A stretch of DNA of 64,000 bases, taken from positions 224,001 through 288,000 of the forward strand of contig JAWLHY010000011.1 of the NCBI GenBank assembly GCA_041690135.1, given 5' to 3'. The number at the start of each line of letters is the position of its first letter. Within the stretch, counting starts at the first letter, position 1. Source of the stretch: Armatimonadota bacterium. Its GTDB lineage: Bacteria; Armatimonadota; SYMT01. The notes under the pieces were generated by a model that was not told the origin of the DNA, searched no databases, and saw nothing but the letters and a program-made list of their open reading frames with translations. Shown in pieces: positions 9,610 to 19,175 of this stretch. The position numbers were made by a program, and so were the translations under genes.

Positions 9610-10749
9610 ATGAAGATCACGAAGGTTGAAGCGGTCGGTCTCTCCACGCGCTCCGAGCGCAACGTCGCGGACGGCACCCAGGATGCGCTCTTGATCCTGG
9701 TCCACACCGATGCGGGTCTTACGGGCGTGGGGGAGGCGGATACGTCTCCGCAGATCGGGCGCGCCGTGCTCGAAGCTCCCGTTTCCACCGACAAGTGCCA
9801 GGGGCTGGCGGCACAGTTCGTGGGCGAAGACCCCTTCGATCGCGAGGCGCTGTGGAAGAAGTGCTACTACCGCTCCTACAAGTACGGGCGGATGGGCGTG
9901 GCGATCAACGTGTTGAGCGCCATCGACATGGCGCTCTGGGATATCATCGGCAAGGCGACCGGGCGTCCCCTCTACCAGTTGTTGGGGGGCGCGGTCCGGA
10001 AGTCGGTGCACGCCTACTCCAGCGTCCTCTTTCCGGAATCGACGGAAGACATGCCGGAGGCCCTGGCGGACGTACGGCGCAAGGCGACCTCGGCCCGCGA
10101 GAACGGCTTCACCGCCATCAAGTACGGGTGGGGCGGCTTCGGCTACGACAAGCCCAAGGACGTGGCGATGGTGGCGGCGGCCCGCGAGGTGATTGGCGAC
10201 GACATCGCGCTGATGATCGACGTGGGGATGCGTTGGGATGCCCAGACGGCCATCGAATGGATCGAGGCGCTCCGCCCGCTCAATCCCTACTGGTTCGAGG
10301 AGCCCTGCTACGCCGACGAGTACGAGACCTACGGGGCCATCGCGGACGCCCATCCCTGGACTCGCATCGTCGGCGGCGAGCAGGAGTACAACCGCTGGGG
10401 TTTCCGTCGCCTGATGGAAGTGGGCAAGGTCAAGGGGATCCAGCCCGACCTGGCGCGGAACGGCGGCATTACGGAGACCCTGAAGGTCGCCGCGATTGCC
10501 CAGGAACGCGGCGTGCCCATCTACCTCCACGGCTGGAGCACCAACGTGCTGGTGGCCGCCAATCTGCATTTCATCGCCGCCACCCCCAACTGCCAGTGGC
10601 TGGAGTACAACACCGGCGACTCGCCCCTCCGCTGGGAATTAACGTACGAGCAGTTTCCCCTTCGCGATGGTGCGGTGAGCGTGCCGGAAGGCCCGGGTCT
10701 GGGGATTACGTTGAACTGGGATGCGGTAGAAAAGTACCGGACCTTCTAG
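9610..10749 (+). CDS. Mandelate racemase / muconate lactonizing enzyme family protein
   Basis: SAIDMALWDIIGK..G.PLYQLLGG; GFTAIK; LMID, WFEEP, GGEQ metal ligands; PGLG. Confidence 0.93.
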   Translation: MKITKVEAVGLSTRSERNVADGTQDALLILVHTDAGLTGVGEADTSPQIGRAVLEAPVSTDKCQGLAAQFVGEDPFDREALWKKCYYRSYKYGRMGVAINVLSAIDMALWDIIGKATGRPLYQLLGGAVRKSVHAYSSVLFPESTEDMPEALADVRRKATSARENGFTAIKYGWGGFGYDKPKDVAMVAAAREVIGDDIALMIDVGMRWDAQTAIEWIEALRPLNPYWFEEPCYADEYETYGAIADAHPWTRIVGGEQEYNRWGFRRLMEVGKVKGIQPDLARNGGITETLKVAAIAQERGVPIYLHGWSTNVLVAANLHFIAATPNCQWLEYNTGDSPLRWELTYEQFPLRDGAVSVPEGPGLGITLNWDAVEKYRTF

Positions 10750-10857
10750 TAGCCTCAATCGGTTCGTCGGGGCGACGGAAAAGGATTATAATGGTCAGAG
10801 GCTCCTGCCGGACCCTCGGTCGCTCTTACGGCTGACGGTGGCCTGCGATTTGGTGTT

Positions 10858-11205
10858 ATGTACGCGATCAATTTTTATACCCAGCTCTACGAAGACATGC
10901 TGATGCGGGGGCGCAAGACCGCCACGATCCGCCTCGGCGACAAGACCGACAAGTACAAGGCGGGCGAACTCGCCTGGATCACGGTCGGTCAACGGTTCGG
11001 ACGCCGCCGTAAGCTCTTCACGGCCATCATCGACGCCGTGACGGTCAAGCCTATTTCGGAGCTCACGCCCCGCGAGATCGATCGTGAGAACCCGGAGATG
11101 CGCACGCAGGAAGAGCTCGCCCGGTTTCTGAGCATGATCTACGACCGCCCGGTCACGACGGATCACCTGATAACCGTGGTCCACTTCTCGCCGGTCAGCG
11201 AGTAG
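10858..11205 (+). CDS. ASCH (PUA-like) domain protein, YqfB-like
   Basis: GRKTATIR signature; downstream REN..ELARFLSMIY. Confidence 0.85.
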   Translation: MYAINFYTQLYEDMLMRGRKTATIRLGDKTDKYKAGELAWITVGQRFGRRRKLFTAIIDAVTVKPISELTPREIDRENPEMRTQEELARFLSMIYDRPVTTDHLITVVHFSPVSE

Positions 11206-11244
11206 AATTCGTCCGGCGCCGGCTACGGCGCGCGGCATCACGCG

Positions 11245-11279
11245 ACAGGGGGCTCCGACACTGCGTCGGAGCCCCCTGT
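11245..11279. terminator. Hairpin between convergent genes
   Basis: ACAGGGGGCTCCGAC/GTCGGAGCCCCCTGT 15-bp perfect stem. Confidence 0.7.
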
Positions 11280-11498
11280 GTTCTATCTGGACCGCGGGGA
11301 TCGCCCGCGGAGTAACCCGGCCCCCGATACGGCGCTGCGGTACCGGCCGGTGGGTGTGGGGTTAAGTTGTCTATGAAGTTTTCGAAGAGGCGTGGGTTTC
11401 AAGTTGTGGGCAGCGCCGGGGTGTAGCATCCAGTGCTAAGGATGTCCCGGGTCCCCGCCTGGTTCCCACGCTTTTTCACCGCCTGCCTGTGAAAGAGC

Positions 11499-12122
11499 TC
11501 ACCCCGGGCTTTCTCTCTGGAGAAAGCGGAGCACCGCATAAATGGCCCGGGCCGTCTCCTCCACTTCCAGGCAGCGCCCTCTCTCCTCCACCTGTTCCAC
11601 TTGTGCCGGCAGGCACGGCACGTGCAGGAACCCGACCCGGGTGCGGCTACCCGCGGCGGTTACCCGTCGCAGCGAGTGGTAGAGGGCGTGGTTGCAAAGA
11701 TAGATTCCTGCGTGGTTGGACACCACGCAGGGAATCCCTTCAGCCCGGACAGCGGCGGCCAGGGCGTCCACTGGGAGCGTGGAGACGTAGGCGATCTCGC
11801 CCGCCGGGTCGATCCACTCCTGCGAATCCTTTCCGTCTTCGCCGTAGCGCACGTTGACCGCGATCCGCTCGACCCGCACTTCCCCGGCGCCTGTGGCCTG
11901 GCCGGTGTGGAGGATCACCTCGGGGCCGTCCGGAGCGCCGGGAGCGACGGCCGCCAGGGCCGCTTCGACGGCCGCCACGTCGGGGCCGTATTCCACCGGC
12001 AGAACAGCGAACCGCAGGTCGAACTCCGCTCCCCATCGCTCCAGAAACAGACGACATCCCTCCAGGCTGGCGTTCAGGCCCGTGCCGTCGAACGGCTCGA
12101 AGGCGGTGAGGAGAACCCGCAT
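11499..12122 (-). CDS. pcp: Pyroglutamyl-peptidase I
   Basis: VLLTAFEPF..NAS; VERIAVN; AGIYLCN; GFLHVP (Glu-Cys-His triad). Confidence 0.93.
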   Translation of the reverse strand: MRVLLTAFEPFDGTGLNASLEGCRLFLERWGAEFDLRFAVLPVEYGPDVAAVEAALAAVAPGAPDGPEVILHTGQATGAGEVRVERIAVNVRYGEDGKDSQEWIDPAGEIAYVSTLPVDALAAAVRAEGIPCVVSNHAGIYLCNHALYHSLRRVTAAGSRTRVGFLHVPCLPAQVEQVEERGRCLEVEETARAIYAVLRFLQRESPG

Positions 12123-12125
12123 AGG

Positions 12126-12602
12126 TTATCGGACCAGCGTCTTGTCGAACTTCTCCACCAGGCTGGCGGGCACGGCGTCCCGGTTGCGCCCGGTGAATAC
12201 CACCGTGCATTCGTCCTCGAGCAGGCGCTCGCGTGATTCCGTCAACCACCCGGCCAGGCGCGATTCAAACTCTACGTCTTCGCGCCGCGCTGCATGGGTG
12301 AGCGCCTTGTCGATCTTGTCCAGATAGATCACCATCGAGCGTTCGCTCTCGCACAGGCGCAGCAAGTTCTCCAACTGCCGCTGCGGATCGTCGTGGTCGA
12401 ACAGTTCCATCAGGTTGGCCAGCACCACGTTCCGGCCCAGCCGGTGGGCCAGGCGACCGACGGCGGCGGCCTTGCCGCTTCCGGCCGGGGCCATGATGAG
12501 GACCGACGCATCGGTTGCGCCGATTGTCAGGAGCCACTCGTCCAGGCCCGCGATATCCACGGACCCTTCCATCTCTTCCGCTCGCAGGTTGCGAAAACGC
12601 AT
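12126..12602 (-). CDS. Small stand-alone degenerate AAA-like P-loop protein
   Basis: LIMAPAGSGKA (Walker A-like), VIYLDKIDKAL (Walker B-like); 3 nt upstream of pcp. Confidence 0.75.
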   Translation of the reverse strand: MRFRNLRAEEMEGSVDIAGLDEWLLTIGATDASVLIMAPAGSGKAAAVGRLAHRLGRNVVLANLMELFDHDDPQRQLENLLRLCESERSMVIYLDKIDKALTHAARREDVEFESRLAGWLTESRERLLEDECTVVFTGRNRDAVPASLVEKFDKTLVR

Positions 12603-13275
12603 CGTTTACTCCTTGGCTGTGGGGGTACTGGGCGGAGCGCCCATCGACTTATCATTCCCGCTCCCACCCGGGTCATACACCCAATGCTTCTTCGCATGGG
12701 GATGCGACCTCACCCACCTCCTCCGTTCCACAGAGCGGGCAACCACCCCTGCCCTTTCCCGGTAATTCAACCGCCATCCGCAAATCGGATTGTAGACCAG
12801 AGTCCGAATGGACGATGAACCCAGTCGCGTTCGACGACCACTATTCTGACGGCACTCGGTCGGAGTTCATGGTGCCGGTCTGAAGGGCGAGCCATTCCCC
12901 CATACTCCCTTTTCTCCGTTCGGACCGTCACGCATGGCCAATCGTGAAGTTCATAGGAACGCAATCCCATCACCCGAGGTCTCCTCAGCATTCTTCCAAT
13001 TGGGGGGATAGCAACCGCGGAGCGCAAATATCCGTCTATCACATAACCCCCGCGTCGGCCAGGGCGCGGAGAGGCCGCCGCCAGGGACGACCGAAGGAGC
13101 GGTCGCACAGGCGGGCACTTTGGCAGGCGAAATTACGTTGTACAAGAGTAGAAGGCGCGGAGGACGGTCCGGCCTGATGCCGGACTCCATCTGTCGAAGC
13201 GCGCGATGGGGATTCTCGTCCCCTGCCCGGCTTCCCAGGCCCGCGCAGAGCCGGTACGACCGGTAAGGAACGAAA

Positions 13276-14235
13276 ATGGGCAAAGGCATTCCGGTCATCG
13301 ATAAGCTGCTCCGCCGCACTCGCGGCGACTCGCGGGTCGAGCAGGGCCTGAACGGCGCCCTCTCGGGAAGCGAGGATGAGTTCGCCGGTACGAGCAGCGA
13401 AGCGGATGGATGTTACACGCGCGACAACTATTCGGTAGGCCTGGCATACCCCACGCATCGGCGGCTGCTCACCGCCCGGGAAGAGGTGATCCTGGCCGTG
13501 CGAGCCAAGTCCGGGGATACTGCCGCCCGGCAAGCGATGATGGAGGCGAACATTCGCCTGGTCATGAGCATCGCCCGCCGCTACACCTGCAAGAGCCTGA
13601 CGTTCGAAGACCTGGTGCAGGAGGGGATCCTCGGTCTGCTGGAGGCGATCAACAAGTTCGACACCACCCGGGGGCTCCGCTTCAGCACCTACGCCACCTA
13701 CTGGATCCGCCAGGCCATCGTGCGGGCGATCGAGAAGCAGGACCGGTTGATCCGCCTGCCGGTCTACGGGTGCGACGCCGTACGCAAAGTGGAGCGAGCG
13801 GAACGGGCGCTCTCCGAGACGCTCGGTAGACCGCCCACACCGGAGGAAGTTGCCCGCGAGACCGGTTTGCCGGTGCGCCTGGTCAAAAACATCGCCCAGT
13901 ATGGGCAGGACCCGCTTTCCCTGGATGCCATGGTGGGCGACAGCGACGACACGCTGTTTGCCGACCTGGTGGTCGATGCCGACGCCGCGGACCCGGCCGA
14001 TACCGCCCTGGGCGCCATGGACCGCGAGGCGCTGATGGAGCAGGTCCGTTACCTGGAGCCGCGCGAGCAAATGGTGATCGAGCGCCGCTTCGGCCTCTCC
14101 GACGGCAAAGTGCACACGCTTAAGGAGATCGCCGACCAGCTCAAGATGTCGCGCGAGGGCGTCCGCCACGTCCAGCTTCGCGCCCTCCGCAAGCTCAAAG
14201 ATGGCCTGGGCCGCGCCGGCGTGATGCCGGCGTAG
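13276..14235 (+). CDS. RNA polymerase sigma factor, RpoD/RpoS-like (no region 1.1)
   Basis: EANIRLVMSIARRY, DLVQEG..GL, RFSTYATYWIRQAI, IRLPV, TLKEIA..SREGVR. Confidence 0.93.
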   Translation: MGKGIPVIDKLLRRTRGDSRVEQGLNGALSGSEDEFAGTSSEADGCYTRDNYSVGLAYPTHRRLLTAREEVILAVRAKSGDTAARQAMMEANIRLVMSIARRYTCKSLTFEDLVQEGILGLLEAINKFDTTRGLRFSTYATYWIRQAIVRAIEKQDRLIRLPVYGCDAVRKVERAERALSETLGRPPTPEEVARETGLPVRLVKNIAQYGQDPLSLDAMVGDSDDTLFADLVVDADAADPADTALGAMDREALMEQVRYLEPREQMVIERRFGLSDGKVHTLKEIADQLKMSREGVRHVQLRALRKLKDGLGRAGVMPA

Positions 14236-14324
14236 GTTGAAGTCCGGCCTTGACTGTCAGGAAACCACTGCCGCGGTGGTTTCCTGACGGCCCCTGAGCC
14301 CTCTTGGCGCTGTAGTCGTAACGT

Positions 14325-14552
14325 TGTCCGGTCCCCCTCGCGACCACCGACTCCGAACCCCGGACTGGCGTCCGGACTCCCCTCTGGGACTCCTGCGGGT
14401 TCGGAATCTCACGCACGCCACTCGTTCCGTGGTAATCGCCAGAGTGTTCGCACTCCTCCTTAGCGCGGGAGAGGAGTCCGGACGCTAGTCCGGTACTCTT
14501 TGCGACCACTGATTCCGAACCCCGGACTGCCATCCGGACTTCCCTCTCGGAC
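14325..14552. repeat. Two copies of a long imperfect palindrome with conserved loop
   Basis: GCGACCACyGAyTCCGAACCCCGGACTG..TCCGGACTyCCCTCT at ~14340 and ~14502; the second copy has a complementary left arm at 14467-14493. Confidence 0.75.
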
Positions 14553-14614
14553 ATTTCCCCAACCGTTACCAACGAGGGGATCACGAGCTTGGATTTTGTT
14601 CCTCATCGGCTACC

Positions 14615-14885
14615 CTGGCGGGCGAGACGCCCGCCCCACTCCACCCCTCCACCCTCACACCTCACCCTTCGCGCCTCACCACCCTGGGCACAGGGGTCCG
14701 GAGTTGGCCGGCTCCAGTTTCCTGGTGGCTACGGTTTTGCACGCACTCATCTCATACAGGACAGGGCAATCAGAGCCGATGCCCCTACAATCCGGTTCTC
14801 CTTAACGGGTGCTGATCGTGGCGTCTACGCCCACGCCCCCTACTCCCCACGCTCCCTCTGGCGGGCGAGACGCCCGCCCCACTCA
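14615..14885. repeat. REP-like GCGGGCGAGACGCCCGC copies
   Basis: CTGGCGGGCGAGACGCCCGCCCCACTC at ~14615 and ~14858; related copies at 63041 and 63101. Confidence 0.75.
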
Positions 14886-15061
14886 CCACTCCGGCCCACC
14901 ACTCCACCACTCACCACTCGACCACTTCCCCGGCCGGACGCAGGAAGTCTCCCGGTCGCGGACGAAACACCGGTCGGACACGCCGGCCCCCGCTGCACCG
15001 CCCGCCCCTCGCATGAGCGGGCATCCTGCGCTGCCGGCGAACCTCGAGAGGAGATTTCCTG

Positions 15062-15790
15062 ATGCAGAACCCGGGATACGATGATACGCCCTTCCTGCCG
15101 CACGCCCCCTACCGCGTTCATGATGGCGACCGTCCCGCCCCGCGCGTGGTGGGCACGGGGGAGTGGATCGGCCAACCGCCTTCGGATGCGGTGATGCTGT
15201 TCGACGGCTCGGACCTTTCCGGCTGGCTGAACAAGCACGGCGAGCCCGCGCAGTGGAAGGTGGAGCACGGCTACATGGAGGTGGTGGCGGGGACCGGCGA
15301 CATCCACACCCGCGCGGAATTCGGCGACTGCCAGCTTCACCTGGAGTGGGCCTCGCCCTGGGAAGTCCACGGCGACAGCCAGGGCCGGGGGAACAGCGGC
15401 GTATTCCTGATGGGCCGCTACGAGATCCAGGTGTTGGACTGCTACGAGAACCCCACCTACGCGGACGGAACCACGGGCGCGATCTACGGCCAGTACCCGC
15501 CGCTGGTGAATGCCTGCCGCCGGCCGGGCGAGTGGCAGAGCTACGACATCATCTGGGAGGCCCCTCGCTTCGAGGGCGAGCAGCTCGTCCGCCCCGCTTA
15601 CGTGACGGTACTTCTCAACGGCATCGTGCTGCACCACCGCGCCGAGCTGATCGGTGCCACGGGCCATAAGAATGTCGGCCAGTACGCGCCCCATCCCCCG
15701 GTCGGCCCCCTCAAGCTGCAGGACCACGGTAACCCGGTGCGCTTCAAGAACATCTGGTACCGCCCGCTCACCAGCTACGACCAGCAGTAG
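15062..15790 (+). CDS. DUF1080 (3-keto-disaccharide hydrolase-like) protein
   Basis: PPSDAVMLFDGSDLSGW, FGDCQLHLEW, GNSGVF..YEIQVLD, GEWQSYDI, LQDHGNPVRFKNIW. Confidence 0.92.
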   Translation: MQNPGYDDTPFLPHAPYRVHDGDRPAPRVVGTGEWIGQPPSDAVMLFDGSDLSGWLNKHGEPAQWKVEHGYMEVVAGTGDIHTRAEFGDCQLHLEWASPWEVHGDSQGRGNSGVFLMGRYEIQVLDCYENPTYADGTTGAIYGQYPPLVNACRRPGEWQSYDIIWEAPRFEGEQLVRPAYVTVLLNGIVLHHRAELIGATGHKNVGQYAPHPPVGPLKLQDHGNPVRFKNIWYRPLTSYDQQ

Positions 15791-15997
15791 GGCGCCTGGT
15801 TATAGCGTACGTCCTCGCCTCCCGGAACGTGGCTGGGAGCGCCGCCGGCGCGAATCGAAACGGCGGGCCGGTAGATCTGGTTCTCCGCTCCGCCGTTTCA
15901 GTCGCCTCTGGGTCACTTGTAGCGCGAGTTCCGAGCGCCGGCGGAATGCCGGTCCGCTGGGCAAGTGGCCCACAAGAATCTCGGTCTCCCGGTCGGC

Positions 15998-16552
15998 TCA
16001 GCCCGAACGTGCGTCTTGCCGTATCGCGGCTCGTTTTCGGTCAAACCAGGTGACGAAACCAGCGGAGATCCAGCCCGTAAGAGGACCCAATGTGCCGGTG
16101 AGAAGAAGGAGGGGCGGATAGTAGAGGCCGAACAGGGCGCCCACGCCCAGACCTATCAAAGCGGCTACCGGCTTTCTCATCGCCTCGCTGCCCAGCGCGG
16201 GATCGACCGCAGCCATGAGCAGCCCCCCGAGCAGCCCCGGCACGGCTCCGTACGGCACGCCCAGCAGAGCGAACGCGCCGATGCCGATCACGTCCAGATC
16301 GGCGCCGGGTTGGGTGAACGCGAGGATCAGCGCCAGACCGAGACCCACCACGGTGCCGGCGCCTGCCCCAGCGGCCGTGCCCACTGCGGCCCAGAGCAGC
16401 AGATCGGATCGGAACGGTCGCTCCCGCTCTGTTCGCGGACTGCCGGCGATCCGGTGTTCCGGCGGCGGTGTAGACCCGAGCGGCTGCCGGCAGTCCACGC
16501 ACTGCGCGAACCCGGGCGCATGCTCTCTACCGCATACGGGACAGAACGGCAT
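15998..16552 (-). CDS. Membrane protein with N-terminal zinc ribbon
   Basis: MPFCPVC..CVDC then ~4 Gly-rich hydrophobic segments. Confidence 0.75.
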   Translation of the reverse strand: MPFCPVCGREHAPGFAQCVDCRQPLGSTPPPEHRIAGSPRTERERPFRSDLLLWAAVGTAAGAGAGTVVGLGLALILAFTQPGADLDVIGIGAFALLGVPYGAVPGLLGGLLMAAVDPALGSEAMRKPVAALIGLGVGALFGLYYPPLLLLTGTLGPLTGWISAGFVTWFDRKRAAIRQDARSG

Positions 16553-16836
16553 GGTCGGCTCCATTCGTTGTGGGTCTAACGGCAGACACGCTGTCCACTC
16601 CATTATGGTGACCCTTGCGAGGGTTCTTGCGCGTGTCACTCGAGGCCCGGGTGTGAAGTTTTTCACTTCACACTTCCCAACCCCGGATGGAACGATCCCT
16701 TCAGAAGATGGAGAGGGGAGCGCTACTCCGCCGCCCCCCAGATAACCCGGCGCTGTGGACTCCGTCCGGCGGCGCGCGACGCACAGGGCTTACGGCCAGG
16801 AACGGAACCGCTTTCTACGCACGGAGGAGAAGAACC

Positions 16837-17187
16837 ATGTCCCGATCCCACACCCGCCGCGGCTTCACGCTCGTCGAGATCATGATCGTGGTGCTGATCA
16901 TCGGCATCCTGCTCGCCATTGCCGTCCCGAACTTCATCAAAGCCCGCGAGAGCAGCCGCGCCAAGAGCTGCATCTCCAATCTGAAGTCGATCCAGGGCGC
17001 TAAGGAGCAGTGGGCGATGGACCACAAGAAAGTCGCGGGTGACACCGCCGGCTTCTCCGACCTGGTCGGTACGGACAAGTACATCAAGAGCACCCCCGAG
17101 TGCCCCAGCAGCGGCACCTACACCATCAACGGGTTGGGTACCGCCCCGGAGTGCTCGCGGTTCGACGACGGTCACAGCATTCCGTAA
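16837..17187 (+). CDS. Type IV pilin / pseudopilin
   Basis: RBS GGAGGAG; RRG|FTLVEIMIVVLIIGILLAIAVP; C-terminal CP..GTY..C..H. Confidence 0.92.
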   Translation: MSRSHTRRGFTLVEIMIVVLIIGILLAIAVPNFIKARESSRAKSCISNLKSIQGAKEQWAMDHKKVAGDTAGFSDLVGTDKYIKSTPECPSSGTYTINGLGTAPECSRFDDGHSIP

Positions 17188-17355
17188 TCCTTTGCGGAGT
17201 GATTTCCCTCACGTCCGCCGCTGGGGAACCCCGGTGATCCCGCCAATAGAGAGGCGTGGACACCGGGGTTGACCGCGCTGGAGACGCGCCACGACGGGCA
17301 CGGCGAGCCGGCCTTCTCCGGGTATCCTGATAACGAGACAGGAAATGAGGAGAAG

Positions 17356-17715
17356 ATGAACGAAGCCTGGAAGCAAAGCGGCCGCCGGGGGTTTACCCTC
17401 GTGGAGATCATGATCGTGGTGCTGATCATCGGCATCCTGCTCTCGATCGCCGTCCCCAACTACATCAAAGCGCGTGAGAGCTCCCGGGCCAAAAGTTGCA
17501 TCGCCAACCTGAAGACCATCGACGCCGCCAAGGAGCAGTGGTCGATGGAGAACAAGAAGGTCGCGGGCGACACCGCCGGCTTCTCCGACCTGGTGGGCAC
17601 GGACAAGTACATCAAGAGCACTCCGGAGTGTCCCAGTGGCGGCACCTACACTATTGCCGGCCTCGGCACGGACCCCTCCTGCTCCCGCAGCACCGACGGC
17701 CACACCATGCCGTAG
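17356..17715 (+). CDS. Type IV pilin / pseudopilin (tandem paralog)
   Basis: RBS GAGGAG; RRG|FTLVEIMIVVLIIGILLSIAVP; highly similar to the upstream pilin. Confidence 0.92.
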   Translation: MNEAWKQSGRRGFTLVEIMIVVLIIGILLSIAVPNYIKARESSRAKSCIANLKTIDAAKEQWSMENKKVAGDTAGFSDLVGTDKYIKSTPECPSGGTYTIAGLGTDPSCSRSTDGHTMP

Positions 17716-18026
17716 CCTCGCGGATTAGGAGTTCCGATTAGGACGAGGAACAGGATGGGTCTGGGGCAAGTGGGATGCTCCAATGTTGCCCCACCTCAGC
17801 CAAACCGCACCCCTTTGGGAAATACCTCCGGTTGCTCCGCCATGCATCGGAGGGTAAGTCCATCCATCACCATGGCAGGGGCCCGCGCCAGAAGCTATCC
17901 GGGGATTCAACGGCGCCCGATCGCGCTGTTCCTTTCTTAACGCTCGCGTAACAGCATCGCAATGTACGGCGTCTAAACTCCATATACGTAGGCTGCCACA
18001 CGCTTATTGTTGGGGAGGATGCCACC

Positions 18027-18893
18027 ATGTACACCAGGCGCTGGGTCCGGTTGCGGGGGTTCACCCTGATCGAGCTGCTCGTAGTGATTGCCATTATCGC
18101 TATTCTTGCAGCGATACTCTTCCCGGTCTTTGCACAGGCCCGAGATGCGGCCCGGAAGGCGACGTGCGTCAGTAATCTCAAGCAGATCGGGCTGGCCCTG
18201 AACATGTATGTCCAGGACTACGATGAGACCATCGGGGCCACTACCTACGGCGACTCCTGCCGCGCGAGCGGTGCTCCGGGGGCGGCGCGCTCCGATGCCA
18301 ACTACGTGGGGATGCCCGGCTGGCCGGTCGCGTTGCAACCCTACGCGAAGAACCTCGGGTTCCTCTCCTGCCCGTCGGACCCGCATAAGGGCGGCTTCGC
18401 AAAGACCGGCTCCTACTGCTACGAGGCGCAGATGGTGCAGGGGAACCTGCCGGGGGCCTATACCGGGATCAGCGCCAACAACGCGGACATGCGGAAGGTG
18501 CTGCCGCTCTCCTACAGCGCCAACTACTTCCTGAGCAACACTCAGGCCACCCCATACCGGCCGGCGGCGCCGGACATCCCCGGCGGCGTGGCACTGGCCG
18601 CCATTGCCCGGCCGGCGGAGGTGTTCTTCGTCACCGAGAACGGCACGGACCCGGCCGCCGGGTACGCCGCCTACTACATCACCCCCGGCTACGGCAATTC
18701 CGCCAGCCCCACCAACCGTTGGGCGATGGGAATGCGCCACCAGGAAGGTCGCGTGTGGGTGTTCGTGGACGGCCATGCCAAGTGGTCGAAGGACATCCCC
18801 TACCTCAAGTCCCCCGGCGTGGCGAAGACGCAGGCGGAGTTGATCGCGGAATACGCCGCGCGGGGTATCCTCACTGACCCCTTCACCCCGTAG
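18027..18893 (+). CDS. DUF1559 prepilin-type protein with H-X9-DG motif
   Basis: [29 protein letters not shown]; [17 protein letters not shown]; [16 protein letters not shown]. Confidence 0.92.
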   Translation: MYTRRWVRLRGFTLIELLVVIAIIAILAAILFPVFAQARDAARKATCVSNLKQIGLALNMYVQDYDETIGATTYGDSCRASGAPGAARSDANYVGMPGWPVALQPYAKNLGFLSCPSDPHKGGFAKTGSYCYEAQMVQGNLPGAYTGISANNADMRKVLPLSYSANYFLSNTQATPYRPAAPDIPGGVALAAIARPAEVFFVTENGTDPAAGYAAYYITPGYGNSASPTNRWAMGMRHQEGRVWVFVDGHAKWSKDIPYLKSPGVAKTQAELIAEYAARGILTDPFTP

Positions 18894-19175
18894 CTGGGTA
18901 CGGCAAGAGGCCGGCCATCTCCCCTTTTCCCACTCACAGGATTGCACCAGCAGCCACCCCCGGTCGGCCGGGTGGCTGCTGGTGTGTACGGTACCCACAG
19001 GCCTCCGGGGTAGTTCCCTTACCGGAGCACGCGAGTGCACATGTTTGCTCAACCCCGGTACGATACTCATGGGCCAGATAGTAGACTTCCGGGACCAGGG
19101 TATCAAGATCAGATAGGGGAGTGAGTGGGCGGCCGGCGGCGGACGATCGTGCATGTGGCCAGCAAGGAGACGGTG

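Noticed and set aside
12603-13275. Long intergenic region before the RpoD-like sigma (possible sRNA or small ORF)
   Set aside because: No recognisable RNA motif or convincing coding signal by eye
16779-16812. ACGCACAGGGC resembling the start of a c-di-GMP-I riboswitch upstream of the pilins
   Set aside because: Lacks GCAAACC, the GNRA stem and GACGCAAAGCC
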